Shown here in pieces: positions 18,215-27,854 of a stretch of DNA of 64,000 nucleotides. The position numbers and the translations under genes are program-made. Under the pieces are notes generated by a model. The model was not told the origin of the DNA, ran no database searches, and worked only from the letters and a program-made list of their open reading frames with translations. The DNA is from a virus, in IMG/VR virus record IMGVR_UViG_3300013093_000020; one strand, written 5' to 3'. Position 1 is the stretch's first letter. Each line of letters starts with the position of its first letter.

Positions 18215-19213
18215 TTATACAGTTACACTAGGTTGGATATATACACCGGCTGGTGCAATAACCTTCCATGGAGCAGTTTGACCTGTTGTATATGTCCAAG
18301 GACCTGATCCGTATTGTGTGACTACTGCTCTACGAGCAGTTAGTTTTGTAATATAATATGTACCACCACCTGCATCACTAGCTGTTAAATTCATTTGACC
18401 TGCTGCCAATGAACCTGTAGCAACTGCAACCAATTTACATTGTCCAATGTATTGACCGGTGGCACCAGTCTTAACTAGATAACGATGACTTGATTCTTGT
18501 TTGATAATGTCATACTCTTGTGCGCTTCCTGAACCGGCGACATAGGCAAAACCAACTAATGATGGGCCAACTGGGAATTGTTGTGAGCTATCGCCTGAGA
18601 AAGTTGTAGTCAATGTTGGAACATTTAGGCTAGGACTTGTACCACCTAGTGTAGCCCATGTCAATGTTGGTGCTGAGTTATAACCACTACCTGCTGTTGT
18701 TACAGCAATGCTCTTAACACGGAATTTAACTGTGGCTTGTGCGTTAGAACCGCCAGCGCCTTGGATGCCCCAAGTAGTGATACCAGTTCCGTCAATGCTT
18801 GTAAATTCACCGCGACTTGTAATGTTGATAGCAGACACATTACCAGAACCGTTTGTGTTTATAGTAAGAACTGGGGTTACACTTGCTTGACCATACAATC
18901 CAACTAGAGCTGTAACAGCTGCACCTGTTTGATTAATTGTATAACCTGTATTTGTTCCACCGACAGTGATGGATTCAATTTCCCATGTAACCGCTAATAC
19001 CGCTGTTACACCAGTTGGCTCATCCGGAGCTGCAACTGTCAATGTTGGAAAATGTTTGTATGTATCGTTAATATTGATACTACCGCGACCTGCATCTGGC
19101 TGGCTAACGCTGGCAATTCCTTCGCCACCGATACCGCTGTTTACACCGATTTGACCATATGTCTCACCGGCATTTTTATTACCGAAAAATCTTTTCTTAA
19201 TTGGGCGTCCCAT
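18215..19213 (-). CDS. Virion protein downstream of the major capsid gene (possible head decoration/fibre), 332 aa
   Basis: Strong AAGGAG SD and its own late promoter; GSGY..APT modules. Confidence 0.7.
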   Translation of the reverse strand: MGRPIKKRFFGNKNAGETYGQIGVNSGIGGEGIASVSQPDAGRGSININDTYKHFPTLTVAAPDEPTGVTAVLAVTWEIESITVGGTNTGYTINQTGAAVTALVGLYGQASVTPVLTINTNGSGNVSAINITSRGEFTSIDGTGITTWGIQGAGGSNAQATVKFRVKSIAVTTAGSGYNSAPTLTWATLGGTSPSLNVPTLTTTFSGDSSQQFPVGPSLVGFAYVAGSGSAQEYDIIKQESSHRYLVKTGATGQYIGQCKLVAVATGSLAAGQMNLTASDAGGGTYYITKLTARRAVVTQYGSGPWTYTTGQTAPWKVIAPAGVYIQPSVTV

Positions 19214-19236
19214 TTTGTTTCTCCTTAGTTGATTTG

Positions 19237-19300
19237 TGTCTAGCGTTCTAGGCTATACGCGGTTGGGGTTCCGCATAAACTCACCCTATGTGAGCGGACA
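19237..19300 (-). ncRNA. Candidate cloverleaf/four-way-junction leader RNA
   Basis: P1 UGUC/GACA enclosing GCUCAC/GUGAGU, UAUGCGG/CCGCGUA and UAGC/GCUA, with 0-1 nt linkers. Confidence 0.5.
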
Positions 19301-19303
19301 ATG

Positions 19304-19310
19304 TATTTAT
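19304..19310 (-). promoter_or_regulatory. Late promoter (ATAAATA)
   Basis: Located just downstream of the capsid terminator and upstream of 19213. Confidence 0.7.
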
Positions 19311-19318
19311 GCTAGTCA

Positions 19319-19346
19319 AGAGAAAGCCTACCGAAGTAGGCTTTTT
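19319..19346 (-). terminator. Intrinsic terminator after the major capsid gene
   Basis: AAAGCCUAC-UUCG-GUAGGCUUU then CUCUU. C(UUCG)G loop as in T4 terminators; A/U tracts on both sides suggest it may be bidirectional. Confidence 0.85.
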
Positions 19347-19366
19347 CATGTTTCTAAAGTAACGGA

Positions 19367-20536
19367 TTACTTGAATGAAACGTTTGCAATGCTTACACGA
19401 CCTAGATAGTCAGCAGCGTTACCTAGAGAAGAAGCAGTATTGCTTAACTCTACATAACCGTACCTAGTCATAAATGATACGACTGGTTCGAATGTGCTTG
19501 GATCTAGAACAACACCGCTTGACATCAATGGGATGTATGGGCAGTAGAAAGCTGCTGCATCACTCTCGCTTGCACCCTTGTAACCGATAAGAATATCAGT
19601 TGAGTCAGCTGAGTAGCTGTTTACATAAACTTTCATTGCGTTGTTTAGTGTACCAACTAACTTGGTGTTTGTTGGAGCTTCGAAAGTACCTTCTGTTGTA
19701 CGAGCAAATGCGCTTGTAGTAGCAGATTGTAAAATTGTCAAAGCAAATGGACTTACAACAGCCCAGTTACCGGCACCACGACGTGTACGCTGAGCAATTA
19801 AGTTAGCAACACGGTTGATTTGGATAGCTAGGGCAGCATGTTCGTCACCAACGAATGTTGCTGTACCAGAAACTTGTGATTGATCAAAAGTTTCAACTGC
19901 TGTACCTGCCAAGCTGTATAGGCTTGCTAGGATTTCTTGGTCAATTTCAGCAGTAATTTCTTGTGCTAGAGCTGCCATAACTTCAGCTTCGATATCAATA
20001 CCTTGCTGAGCTTGTGCATCTTGAGCAGCTTCAAAAGTCCAACGAGCTGATAGCTTACGAGTCTTAGCTTCAACTGTTTGTTTCAAGATTTGAATGCTCA
20101 TTCTGTTGCCAGGCAAACCTTCCAACGTTGCTGTTGAAGTTGCTTTACCTGCGGCTGTACCAGAATAGCCTTCAGCTATCTTGAATGGGCTTAGAGCCTC
20201 TTCGCCTGCTGCTATGCTTGGTGAACCACTTCCTGTGAAGTTGTCAGCGTAACGAACACGCAAAGTGTGGATTTGACCCACTGGACCAGTCATTGGTTGT
20301 ACACCTAGTAATTCGTTAGCAATAACGGTAGGCATAACACGGCGGATTACTGGAAGAATCACGCGGTTTAATGTTGCGACGTTGCCGGCAGAAGTGGCAC
20401 CAGCTGTTCCTGCTTCCATCAAATACTTGCGAGTATTTTCTAGAGTAGCGTTCATAACTGATTTTTTAGTGCCTTGTAAGCCTTCTAATAGGGCTTCTTT
20501 TGTTTCTACCCAACGGCTTGATAGTAGTTCAGACAT
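19367..20536 (-). CDS. gp23: Major capsid protein (T4 gp23-like)
   Basis: LPVIRRVMP..IANELLGVQPMTGPVGQI, KTRKLSARWTFEAAQD, EITAEIDQEI, FYCPYIPL, FMTRYG. Confidence 0.97.
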   Translation of the reverse strand: MSELLSSRWVETKEALLEGLQGTKKSVMNATLENTRKYLMEAGTAGATSAGNVATLNRVILPVIRRVMPTVIANELLGVQPMTGPVGQIHTLRVRYADNFTGSGSPSIAAGEEALSPFKIAEGYSGTAAGKATSTATLEGLPGNRMSIQILKQTVEAKTRKLSARWTFEAAQDAQAQQGIDIEAEVMAALAQEITAEIDQEILASLYSLAGTAVETFDQSQVSGTATFVGDEHAALAIQINRVANLIAQRTRRGAGNWAVVSPFALTILQSATTSAFARTTEGTFEAPTNTKLVGTLNNAMKVYVNSYSADSTDILIGYKGASESDAAAFYCPYIPLMSSGVVLDPSTFEPVVSFMTRYGYVELSNTASSLGNAADYLGRVSIANVSFK

Positions 20537-20547
20537 TTAATTTCTCC

Positions 20548-21642
20548 TTAAAATTTTAGTCCAGCTAGACGACGGATATCGATAATATTACCTTCGTCCG
20601 CGCTGCTACGGTTGCTGTTGGAAATTTTATTTCCTGTAATCTCTTTAGCCTCAGTAAGTGCCTGTTTCTTCTGCGGAGCTTTGCCAGCTACTACAGCTGG
20701 TAGATACTTGTCAAAACTTTCATAAAGTTTTGTCGTTTTCACGCTCTCCATTAACTCGCTCATGATTTCTTTTTGTTCGGTGTTTAAAGGACCTAACAAC
20801 TCGCTCATGATTTGTTTACGTTCTTGCGATTCTTTTAGAGTCGCAACTTCTGCATGTTTACTTTCTAACAAAGCCTCAGCTTCGGCAACAGCTTGTTCAG
20901 CTTCGCGGATAGCTTGCTCTTTCATGTCTATGACCTTGAGTAATTTTGCAGTTTCGGACTTCTCGTTTAGGTAACTGTTTTGATATTCTGAAGCATAAGC
21001 TTCGAATAACTTACGACCAAAATCATTACGACGAGCTGCATCAATGTCTTCTTTCAAGCTGTGTAGTTCAGAACGGAGTCCTTCGCTAACAACTGATTCA
21101 ACTTTTTGTGCGGCACGCTTAACGAAATCAGTCTTTACCTTAGCAAGCTGTTCGCGTCCTTCGCGGACTAAACGTACTTTGGTTTCTGCCAAATCTTGTT
21201 TGTCTTTGTAAAACTCAGCGATTTCTTGTGCTAGAGCTTCAACAACAAATTGTTCTAATTTACCAAACTTATCAGCCATTTCAACTTGATCTTCGTGTAG
21301 TTCACGAACTTCAGAAGCTAGTTGACGAGTAATAAATTCTTTTACTACTTCGCTATCTTTCTTCATTTTCTTTGCTAGCTTAACTTTCATTTCAGCTAGG
21401 GCCTTACGATCTTCAGCAAATTCTACAACCTCAGCTGATAATTGATCAGTGACCATACGGTCAATGGCTTCAATCATTACACTGCGATCGTGCTCATATT
21501 TTTGAGCGAACTCTTCGCGCAATTGACTAGCTACTAGTTCGCGATTCTCTGTGATCTTCGCGTCCCATGCTTGTTCAATGCTTTGTTGGATCTCTTCAGA
21601 AATCACATTGTTTTCAAATAACTGTTTTAGTGCGTCCAACAT
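20548..21642 (-). CDS. gp22: Prohead core scaffold protein (gp22-like)
   Basis: Glu/Lys-rich coiled coil between protease and capsid genes; C-terminal IRRLAGL. Confidence 0.85.
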   Translation of the reverse strand: MLDALKQLFENNVISEEIQQSIEQAWDAKITENRELVASQLREEFAQKYEHDRSVMIEAIDRMVTDQLSAEVVEFAEDRKALAEMKVKLAKKMKKDSEVVKEFITRQLASEVRELHEDQVEMADKFGKLEQFVVEALAQEIAEFYKDKQDLAETKVRLVREGREQLAKVKTDFVKRAAQKVESVVSEGLRSELHSLKEDIDAARRNDFGRKLFEAYASEYQNSYLNEKSETAKLLKVIDMKEQAIREAEQAVAEAEALLESKHAEVATLKESQERKQIMSELLGPLNTEQKEIMSELMESVKTTKLYESFDKYLPAVVAGKAPQKKQALTEAKEITGNKISNSNRSSADEGNIIDIRRLAGLKF

Positions 21643-21655
21643 GTGATTCTCCTTA

Positions 21656-22282
21656 TTATTGGAGTTTGCTTATTATACCTAATAAGCTCTCTTTTAGATA
21701 TTTTTGTGCTTTAGGATCACCCTTGACCTCTTGCGCTATGCGCAAGCTTCTAAGTCCACCGCGATTGTTCATCAAGTGTTCATAGATTGGTGTAGGATAT
21801 GCACCCGGTGCACTGGGTTGAGCTACCATATCTACCGTGATAATCTCAAAATCTGATACTTCACCGGAACCGTCTTCTTTGACATTTCCAGATCCGCGAC
21901 TGCTTACTCCTAATTTCACACCGCTTTCAAGCATAGTGCGAATTAGTTGTCCCATCGGTGTAGGTAAAATTTTCATTTTACCGTACCCATTTGGACCGTC
22001 CATCCACATTTGAGTTATCATATGGGACACACGGTCTAGGTTAATTTTTAGGTCATCTGGATGATCCACTTCACCAAGCACTGAATAACCGTTTTGAATC
22101 TGATCATTGAGAGTCTTGACAGCCTTGCCAATCTCGCTCACAGGATAAACTCGTTGATTTGCGTTTCTGATTCCGCCTTGGATACAGATACCGCTCATGT
22201 ACAAGTTTTTCCCATCTTTCTCGTCTGACTCGACGATCATTTTAGCTTGGTCGAAACTTAAATTTTCTCTTAAGTGAAACAT
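21656..22282 (-). CDS. gp21: Prohead core protease (gp21-like)
   Basis: RNANQRVYP, LGEVDHP, RVSH, TPMGQ, GVSSRGSG, D.VAQPSAPGAY. Confidence 0.95.
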   Translation of the reverse strand: MFHLRENLSFDQAKMIVESDEKDGKNLYMSGICIQGGIRNANQRVYPVSEIGKAVKTLNDQIQNGYSVLGEVDHPDDLKINLDRVSHMITQMWMDGPNGYGKMKILPTPMGQLIRTMLESGVKLGVSSRGSGNVKEDGSGEVSDFEIITVDMVAQPSAPGAYPTPIYEHLMNNRGGLRSLRIAQEVKGDPKAQKYLKESLLGIISKLQ

Positions 22283-22296
22283 CTATAAGGGCCTAA

Positions 22297-23298
22297 TTAA
22301 CGAACTTTCTTACCGTTGATTACAGTATTTTTACTGTCATCAACAAAACCTTGGCTGTGAGCGCCGGTTCCGACCATTCCGCCTTTACCGCCTTTCTTCT
22401 CTGCGCCATGTCCGTCTGTTACTTTCTTAGTAAATGCTTTTGTAGATGTCTTTCCTGGGGCACTATTTTGCTCCCAATCTGTACCAGTAAACTGTGTACC
22501 TGACTCTTGAGCAATACCCTTCATGTGCTTGTTAGGTGTTGTACCGTTTGGATCTTTTTCAGCAAAGTTCTGAGCAATATTCTTTGTTGAACCGCCCATG
22601 TTGTTTACCATTTTACCACTTACTGTACTTTGACGGTTAAATGCAGCTTTCATACCGCCGCCTGTGTTAGCACCTACATTGTGGTCTGCTGTACTAGCAA
22701 CTTTACCACCTTTGTATGGCTCACCAACTTTAACCATTTCTACACCTTCCATGAAAGACATTTCGTCTTCTTGGCTGCCCATTCCCATGTCGTTTGCCAT
22801 GTCTGTATCTGGCATTCCGTCACCGTGGATACCTGGGTGCTCATGTTCTTCGTGTTCTTCACCAGCCATTAGCTGTTCAAATTCTGCTTTTAGATCTTCC
22901 AAGGCGTCTTCTAGATCCATAACGCGGTCTTCTAACCCCTCGTCACCTTCTCCGCCTTCTTCGCCGTCATCTTCTGTGTCGTCAATGAAATCGTCGCCGG
23001 CATCACCGCCAACTTCACCATCGTCGTCTGACTCTTCACTGTCATCTGACTCTTCGCCATCATCTGACTCTTCACTGTCATCGCTTTCTTCTTCAGAACT
23101 TTCTTCTTCTGAACCTTCGTCGTCTTTAGCGAATGGGTTTGAATCACCTTCTGACAAGCTAAAATCGCTTTCTAGTAATTCTTGATAAATTTCGCGGCTT
23201 TTTGCAACCACTATATTATGAAATATTTCTTTTGCTGTTTCTTGATCTTCGTTGATCAATGCCTCAAGCATGGCTTCAAATTGGGTACGATCAGTCAT
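22297..23298 (-). CDS. Highly acidic prohead core/internal protein (gp67-like position)
   Basis: Asp/Glu-rich low-complexity central part; lies between portal and protease. Confidence 0.65.
   Translation of the reverse strand: MTDRTQFEAMLEALINEDQETAKEIFHNIVVAKSREIYQELLESDFSLSEGDSNPFAKDDEGSEEESSEEESDDSEESDDGEESDDSEESDDDGEVGGDAGDDFIDDTEDDGEEGGEGDEGLEDRVMDLEDALEDLKAEFEQLMAGEEHEEHEHPGIHGDGMPDTDMANDMGMGSQEDEMSFMEGVEMVKVGEPYKGGKVASTADHNVGANTGGGMKAAFNRQSTVSGKMVNNMGGSTKNIAQNFAEKDPNGTTPNKHMKGIAQESGTQFTGTDWEQNSAPGKTSTKAFTKKVTDGHGAEKKGGKGGMVGTGAHSQGFVDDSKNTVINGKKVR
23021..23092 (-). repeat. 18-bp coding tandem repeat (EESDD[S/G], about 4 copies)
   Basis: Imperfect repeated gtcatctgactcttc units. Confidence 0.75.
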
Positions 23299-23337
23299 GT
23301 TAAAAGTCTCCTGTGATGGTTGTACAAGGCTGTAAGA

Positions 23338-23344
23338 TATTTAC
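23338..23344 (-). promoter_or_regulatory. Late promoter (GTAAATA)
   Basis: 40 nt upstream of the ATG at 23298. Confidence 0.55.
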
Positions 23345-23399
23345 AACTTATGGGTAAAAAGAGGTGCAATATGCCATAAAAACGACATATTTTGATAAT

Positions 23400-23639
23400 T
23401 TATACAGTTTGTTGCGGTGGCGTGTAGTACATGCTATGTATAAACGCTAACTCCTGTTCTTGCTCTAAGATATGAGCTTCGCTTGCTTTACGCAGTTCAT
23501 TGATCTGTTTCAAACTAAGCCTAGTCTTGCGAGTATCATTGCGCAACATGACATCGCTGTCACGCTTAGGCTCATAACGCAAATCATTAGATGTGCGCCT
23601 TGTTTCAGGATCAATATAAAAAAGCTCTCTTAGGATCAT
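23400..23639 (-). CDS. Small head-module hypothetical protein, 79 aa
   Basis: ORF directly after portal; DTRKTRLSLKQINELRK; an ATAAATA box overlaps the portal stop (23644-23650). Confidence 0.75.
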   Translation of the reverse strand: MILRELFYIDPETRRTSNDLRYEPKRDSDVMLRNDTRKTRLSLKQINELRKASEAHILEQEQELAFIHSMYYTPPQQTV

Positions 23640-23646
23640 GCTTTAT

Positions 23647-25413
23647 TTATGCAGCTGGAGGTGTTCCAGCACCACCCGGTGCCATTCCCGGAGCTGCAGG
23701 TGCTGCTCCAGCGCCGGCTGCGGCAGCTTCGTCAGCTGGATTAGTCATACCTTCTGGTGCTTCTAGGTCGCCAGCAGTACTCATGTCGCTATCGATGCCG
23801 GCAGAACTGAGTCCTGCACTACGCAATTCTCCGCTAGAATCAGTATGTGTAGGTTCACCTTTACCTGCTTCCTCGGCCCACATGCGTTCATTTTCTGCCA
23901 TTTCTTCGTCGGTTAATCCTAAGAAACGCTTGAGTGCAAAACGCTTGCTCATGTAGGGAATAGCTTGTACTGTATTAAATGTATTGATGCGCTCAGTGTC
24001 CATAGCAGCTTGACGACTGCTAGCAAAGTTCATTGGCGGATTGAACTTCAACTCAAATAAACTTGTATCTATGTTAAGTCCTTTTGAGTAAACAAATCGT
24101 TTAAATTCTAAATCAAAGCGTTCTGTAAGCAACATTTGTAAGCGTTCACAGTACTTGTTGAAGCGCAATTCTTGGATATAAGCTGTTCCCACACGCCCGT
24201 CATTGTAACTGCTTTGACTGTCTTCAGCGCCTGTTGGCAAATAACTGCTAGGAATACGCAAGCCACGGAATAATTTATTAGTAAAATATTTTAAGTCTTC
24301 AATTTCGCCCAAATTTGTTCCGCCTGGCAGTGTTTCTACCTTAGATCCACGACCATCTGCGGTGCTTGGGAAGAAATAATCTTCATTAATACTCAATGGA
24401 TTATAAGCACTGTCTATGACATTGGCTCCACCACCAGTCTGGCTAGGTATGCGTCGTTGATGTATTTCATTCTTTACACGCTCGACAAATGCCATAGCCA
24501 TGTGTGCAGGCATATTTCCAACGTCTACATGGAAAACTCTGCGTTCTGGTGCTCGTTGTATACGATAAATGATAATCGCATCCTCTAGTAGTTCTTTCTG
24601 CTTGTAGACTTTGAAGACATCTTCAAGCAGGCTAGTACCAAAAGGATACATGTTGTCTAGCCCTTCGCTTAGGCTTAGATGTATCACATGCTCGGCATTG
24701 ATAGCATGTTCAGTTTGTCCCATGCTGAAGCGGCTGCCTGTACCGCTTTGTGGGAAACTACCGGCTCCACGAGCTTGCGATCCCGAACCTAGATAACCTG
24801 ATCCGCCACCGCCTGACCCACTACCGCCGGCCATTTCTCTAGGATTAACATTAGGTGTAATTTGAGTAGCAACTAGATTTTCAAAGTTAGGCGCCAGATC
24901 TTTGATAATGTATTGTTCTGGCTTTTTACCGTCACTTTCATTGACAATTACTTTAGTAACTTTGCTAGGATCAACATAGACCCATTTCTGTGTTTCTGGA
25001 TCGCGAATAAAAAATGCATCACCGTATTTGAATGTGTTACGGAAGATACGGAATATTCTTGTGTCAAATTTTTGTAGCTTTGACCACTGTTGTAGGTACT
25101 CGCCTAGGATCTTAATTTCACTATTTGTAGCCTTGTGGCGCCAAAAAACTTGAAAAGGTGTCTTACCATCTTTGTTCTTCTGTGTGCAGAATTCTGCTAG
25201 AATATCTAAGGCAGCATTAATTTCAGGATCGCTATCCATGGTCTCATACTGCATGTAACGCTCTGCACGATTAGGTGCTCCGGCGTATACATCTGGTAGA
25301 TAACTTGAATAATTTGAACGAGCAGGTCCAGCTCTATTGCTAGAATTAATGCCACTGACCGGGCTCATTATTGTGCCAACGGGTGCTGGGCTAAAATATT
25401 TTTTCCAACTCAT
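23647..25413 (-). CDS. gp20: Portal vertex protein (gp20-like)
   Basis: LLEDAIIIYRIQRAPERRVFHVDVGNMP, EDYFFP, VETLPGG.NLGEIEDLKYF..KL.RGLRIP.S, ELRFNKYCERLQ. Confidence 0.96.
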   Translation of the reverse strand: MSWKKYFSPAPVGTIMSPVSGINSSNRAGPARSNYSSYLPDVYAGAPNRAERYMQYETMDSDPEINAALDILAEFCTQKNKDGKTPFQVFWRHKATNSEIKILGEYLQQWSKLQKFDTRIFRIFRNTFKYGDAFFIRDPETQKWVYVDPSKVTKVIVNESDGKKPEQYIIKDLAPNFENLVATQITPNVNPREMAGGSGSGGGGSGYLGSGSQARGAGSFPQSGTGSRFSMGQTEHAINAEHVIHLSLSEGLDNMYPFGTSLLEDVFKVYKQKELLEDAIIIYRIQRAPERRVFHVDVGNMPAHMAMAFVERVKNEIHQRRIPSQTGGGANVIDSAYNPLSINEDYFFPSTADGRGSKVETLPGGTNLGEIEDLKYFTNKLFRGLRIPSSYLPTGAEDSQSSYNDGRVGTAYIQELRFNKYCERLQMLLTERFDLEFKRFVYSKGLNIDTSLFELKFNPPMNFASSRQAAMDTERINTFNTVQAIPYMSKRFALKRFLGLTDEEMAENERMWAEEAGKGEPTHTDSSGELRSAGLSSAGIDSDMSTAGDLEAPEGMTNPADEAAAAGAGAAPAAPGMAPGGAGTPPAA

Positions 25414-25416
25414 TCT

Positions 25417-27792
25417 TTATGACATCCTGTTTTGACTTAGGTTATTCAAACCGCGGACTTGCTTGGTACTATTGTCTGCAACTACTTCAAAATGTTGAAC
25501 AAGAGTAGCCATCATAGTATTTAATTGATTGATGCCTGCTGACAGATTATCTTGAGCATTAGCCTCAGGAGCAGCCGATGTTGCATCCACTTTTGGACTC
25601 GAATCTTTTTCTTTCTTATCAGTTTGTAGAGTATCTGTGACCTGTTTAAATGCCTGCACAAAGGATCCAATCCTTGTTTCTACACTTGTAGCATTGGTAT
25701 TTGTTATACTAGCAAATGTTTCATTTGTTTTGGCAAAAAGTGTTTGTAACTGATCAACAGGATTAATGTTAGATATAGCCGTGACTATATCATTTTTATC
25801 AGATGTTATCGGTGTTGTATCAACTTGTCGTTGTATTGGCAATTCTTTTATAGCATTTACCACAGCTTCAATAGGTATACCCTGTGTAGCCGGATTCATA
25901 TTCTTACCAAAGGCAGCACCAGTGCTGGCCAAATTTCCAATCTGATCACTTAGACTTCTAAATATCATTGGCAAACTATTGACATAGTCCGTTTCTTTGG
26001 GATTAAGCACACGCTCTCCGCGTTCTACGCTAGTCACTATATCTTCAGGTTCAACATTAAGACCGATCATACCCGTTGTACCTAAATCTCTCGTTCGTGT
26101 TCCGTCAGGATTAAAACGCTCTGGGTATCGACGTCTTTCTTCTGCTTCGCGAGCTTGTTTATCGGCATCTGATTGTGGAGTTGGTTGTGTGTTAGGATTT
26201 ATAGCCGTTGATGGCACGGCTGCAGCTTTTTTAGCTTTTTCTATTAGGTCGTCAACAAATGTATTCAATTGACCCATAATGGTAGGCAAAATTTTTGATC
26301 GTTGTTCTGCTGTGATCATAGATTCATTCCACTTGGTCAAATTAGTATTCATTTCAGATAGTCCGGTTTTTATTGCGGTACTATTTGCTAGATATCTATT
26401 AAGTTCCTCTGTCACTGTTAGATTTACTTTATCTAATGCTTGTTTGGCATTGTTAATAGCTATACTAGCTTGCTCACCTACGGGTCTTTCATCAGGTTTG
26501 GTTATCCTTTGATTTTTAACCATTTCATTATACAATATTCTTAGGCTAACATCATCTGTAATTTTTTGTTTTGTTGCTTCGGCGTAGGCCTGTGTTTGTT
26601 TTCTTTGCTCTTCAGTCAATGGACCAAAATATTTACTTTGTAGGTCTGTGGTCAATTTATCTATATTCTGGCCAGCCGGACCACTACTAGCCAATGCCGC
26701 TACCATTCCTAAGAATTTAGGATCGTTGACCATTTCAGACATTCGCTGATTGATCCTAATAGCCGCGGCATCGGCTTCTTTTAATTTTGCAGCTCGTTCG
26801 TCAGGATTCTGTGTCCTTGCGGCTTCATCATATAATCGCTTGTTAGCAGCCATTTGATTTTGAATTTCTGCAGGTATGGCAGCTACTAGAGCTTGGTCTT
26901 TAGCATCCATTACCCCAGTTCTTAATATTCTATTAAAGTCTGCTAACACTGGTGATGCAGCTGCAAATATCAATTGTTGTTCTTTATAGGCCTTAAGTTG
27001 CTCTCCACTCATTAGACTTTCTGCTAGTCTACCTTTTATGCTGTCACTAATAGCTTTAGTTTCTTCTAATAGTTTGTCTTTTTGTACACCATATAAGCCA
27101 GCTAGGTCGTACAACACATCGCTTAGGTGTAGAGCAGTACTGGTTGCTGTTGTACTGGCTTTCCCTCCTGCTTCTGAAAATTTATTTGTGTTGAATGTTA
27201 CATATTCTAGTGTCTTGGCAAATTCAGCTTCACCTACTCCTAATCTAAGAAGTCCTTGACCAAATTGATCCATCTTCATTTCTTCAAGGCTACTCATAAA
27301 AGTATTGATGCTGTCCTCATAAGTTCCGCCCATTCTACGGAGACTGTTTGAATTATTTTTTATAATGTCATTATATTCTGCAGATGAAAGACCAGTAGCA
27401 ATAACCTGTCGTCTAAACTCAAGAAGATCTATTCTGGTATCTCCAAACTTGAGATTCTCTCGCATGTTTTGATTAGCTTCTAGTGCGTCTTTACTAAAAA
27501 CTTTAAGAGCTTCGCCGGCAAATCCGCCAATTATAGGAAATAATTTGAGTGTTTCTGCAGATAATTCAAATACATTAGCTAGTGTTAGTGTGCCTGTGGC
27601 TAGATGGGATAGTGCGTTGCCAGCTATAATTGCGCCTGATTGTAAAGTATTAGTTAGACCATTCAGGGCAGCTGTTGTACCTGCAGCCGCTCCTGCTGCT
27701 GAGGTTCCGCCTAAGCCGCCGCTTCCCGGTATACCTTTTAGCAAGTCATCTATTTTCGTGATCAGGGACTCGACACTAGTTTCTACATTCAT
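25417..27792 (-). CDS. Tape-measure-like / baseplate hub protein, 791 aa
   Basis: Long alpha-helical Ala/Gln-rich protein; divergent from the gp26-like chaperone. Confidence 0.55.
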   Translation of the reverse strand: MNVETSVESLITKIDDLLKGIPGSGGLGGTSAAGAAAGTTAALNGLTNTLQSGAIIAGNALSHLATGTLTLANVFELSAETLKLFPIIGGFAGEALKVFSKDALEANQNMRENLKFGDTRIDLLEFRRQVIATGLSSAEYNDIIKNNSNSLRRMGGTYEDSINTFMSSLEEMKMDQFGQGLLRLGVGEAEFAKTLEYVTFNTNKFSEAGGKASTTATSTALHLSDVLYDLAGLYGVQKDKLLEETKAISDSIKGRLAESLMSGEQLKAYKEQQLIFAAASPVLADFNRILRTGVMDAKDQALVAAIPAEIQNQMAANKRLYDEAARTQNPDERAAKLKEADAAAIRINQRMSEMVNDPKFLGMVAALASSGPAGQNIDKLTTDLQSKYFGPLTEEQRKQTQAYAEATKQKITDDVSLRILYNEMVKNQRITKPDERPVGEQASIAINNAKQALDKVNLTVTEELNRYLANSTAIKTGLSEMNTNLTKWNESMITAEQRSKILPTIMGQLNTFVDDLIEKAKKAAAVPSTAINPNTQPTPQSDADKQAREAEERRRYPERFNPDGTRTRDLGTTGMIGLNVEPEDIVTSVERGERVLNPKETDYVNSLPMIFRSLSDQIGNLASTGAAFGKNMNPATQGIPIEAVVNAIKELPIQRQVDTTPITSDKNDIVTAISNINPVDQLQTLFAKTNETFASITNTNATSVETRIGSFVQAFKQVTDTLQTDKKEKDSSPKVDATSAAPEANAQDNLSAGINQLNTMMATLVQHFEVVADNSTKQVRGLNNLSQNRMS

Positions 27793-27817
27793 AAAAAAAT
27801 TCCAAGAAATATGCGTA

Positions 27818-27842
27818 TATAAATACTACATATTATATTTAT
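27818..27842. promoter_or_regulatory. Face-to-face pair of late promoters: TATAAATA (+, 27818-27825) and ATAAATA (-, 27836-27842)
   Basis: Exact T4 late consensus on + and ATAAATA on - in the 62-bp gap between divergent genes. Confidence 0.7.
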
Positions 27843-27854
27843 CTGGAGCCCAAA

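Noticed and set aside
19237-19300. Genuine tRNA gene
   Set aside because: Only a 4-bp outer stem, 8-nt middle loop, no TTC in the T-loop and no CCA
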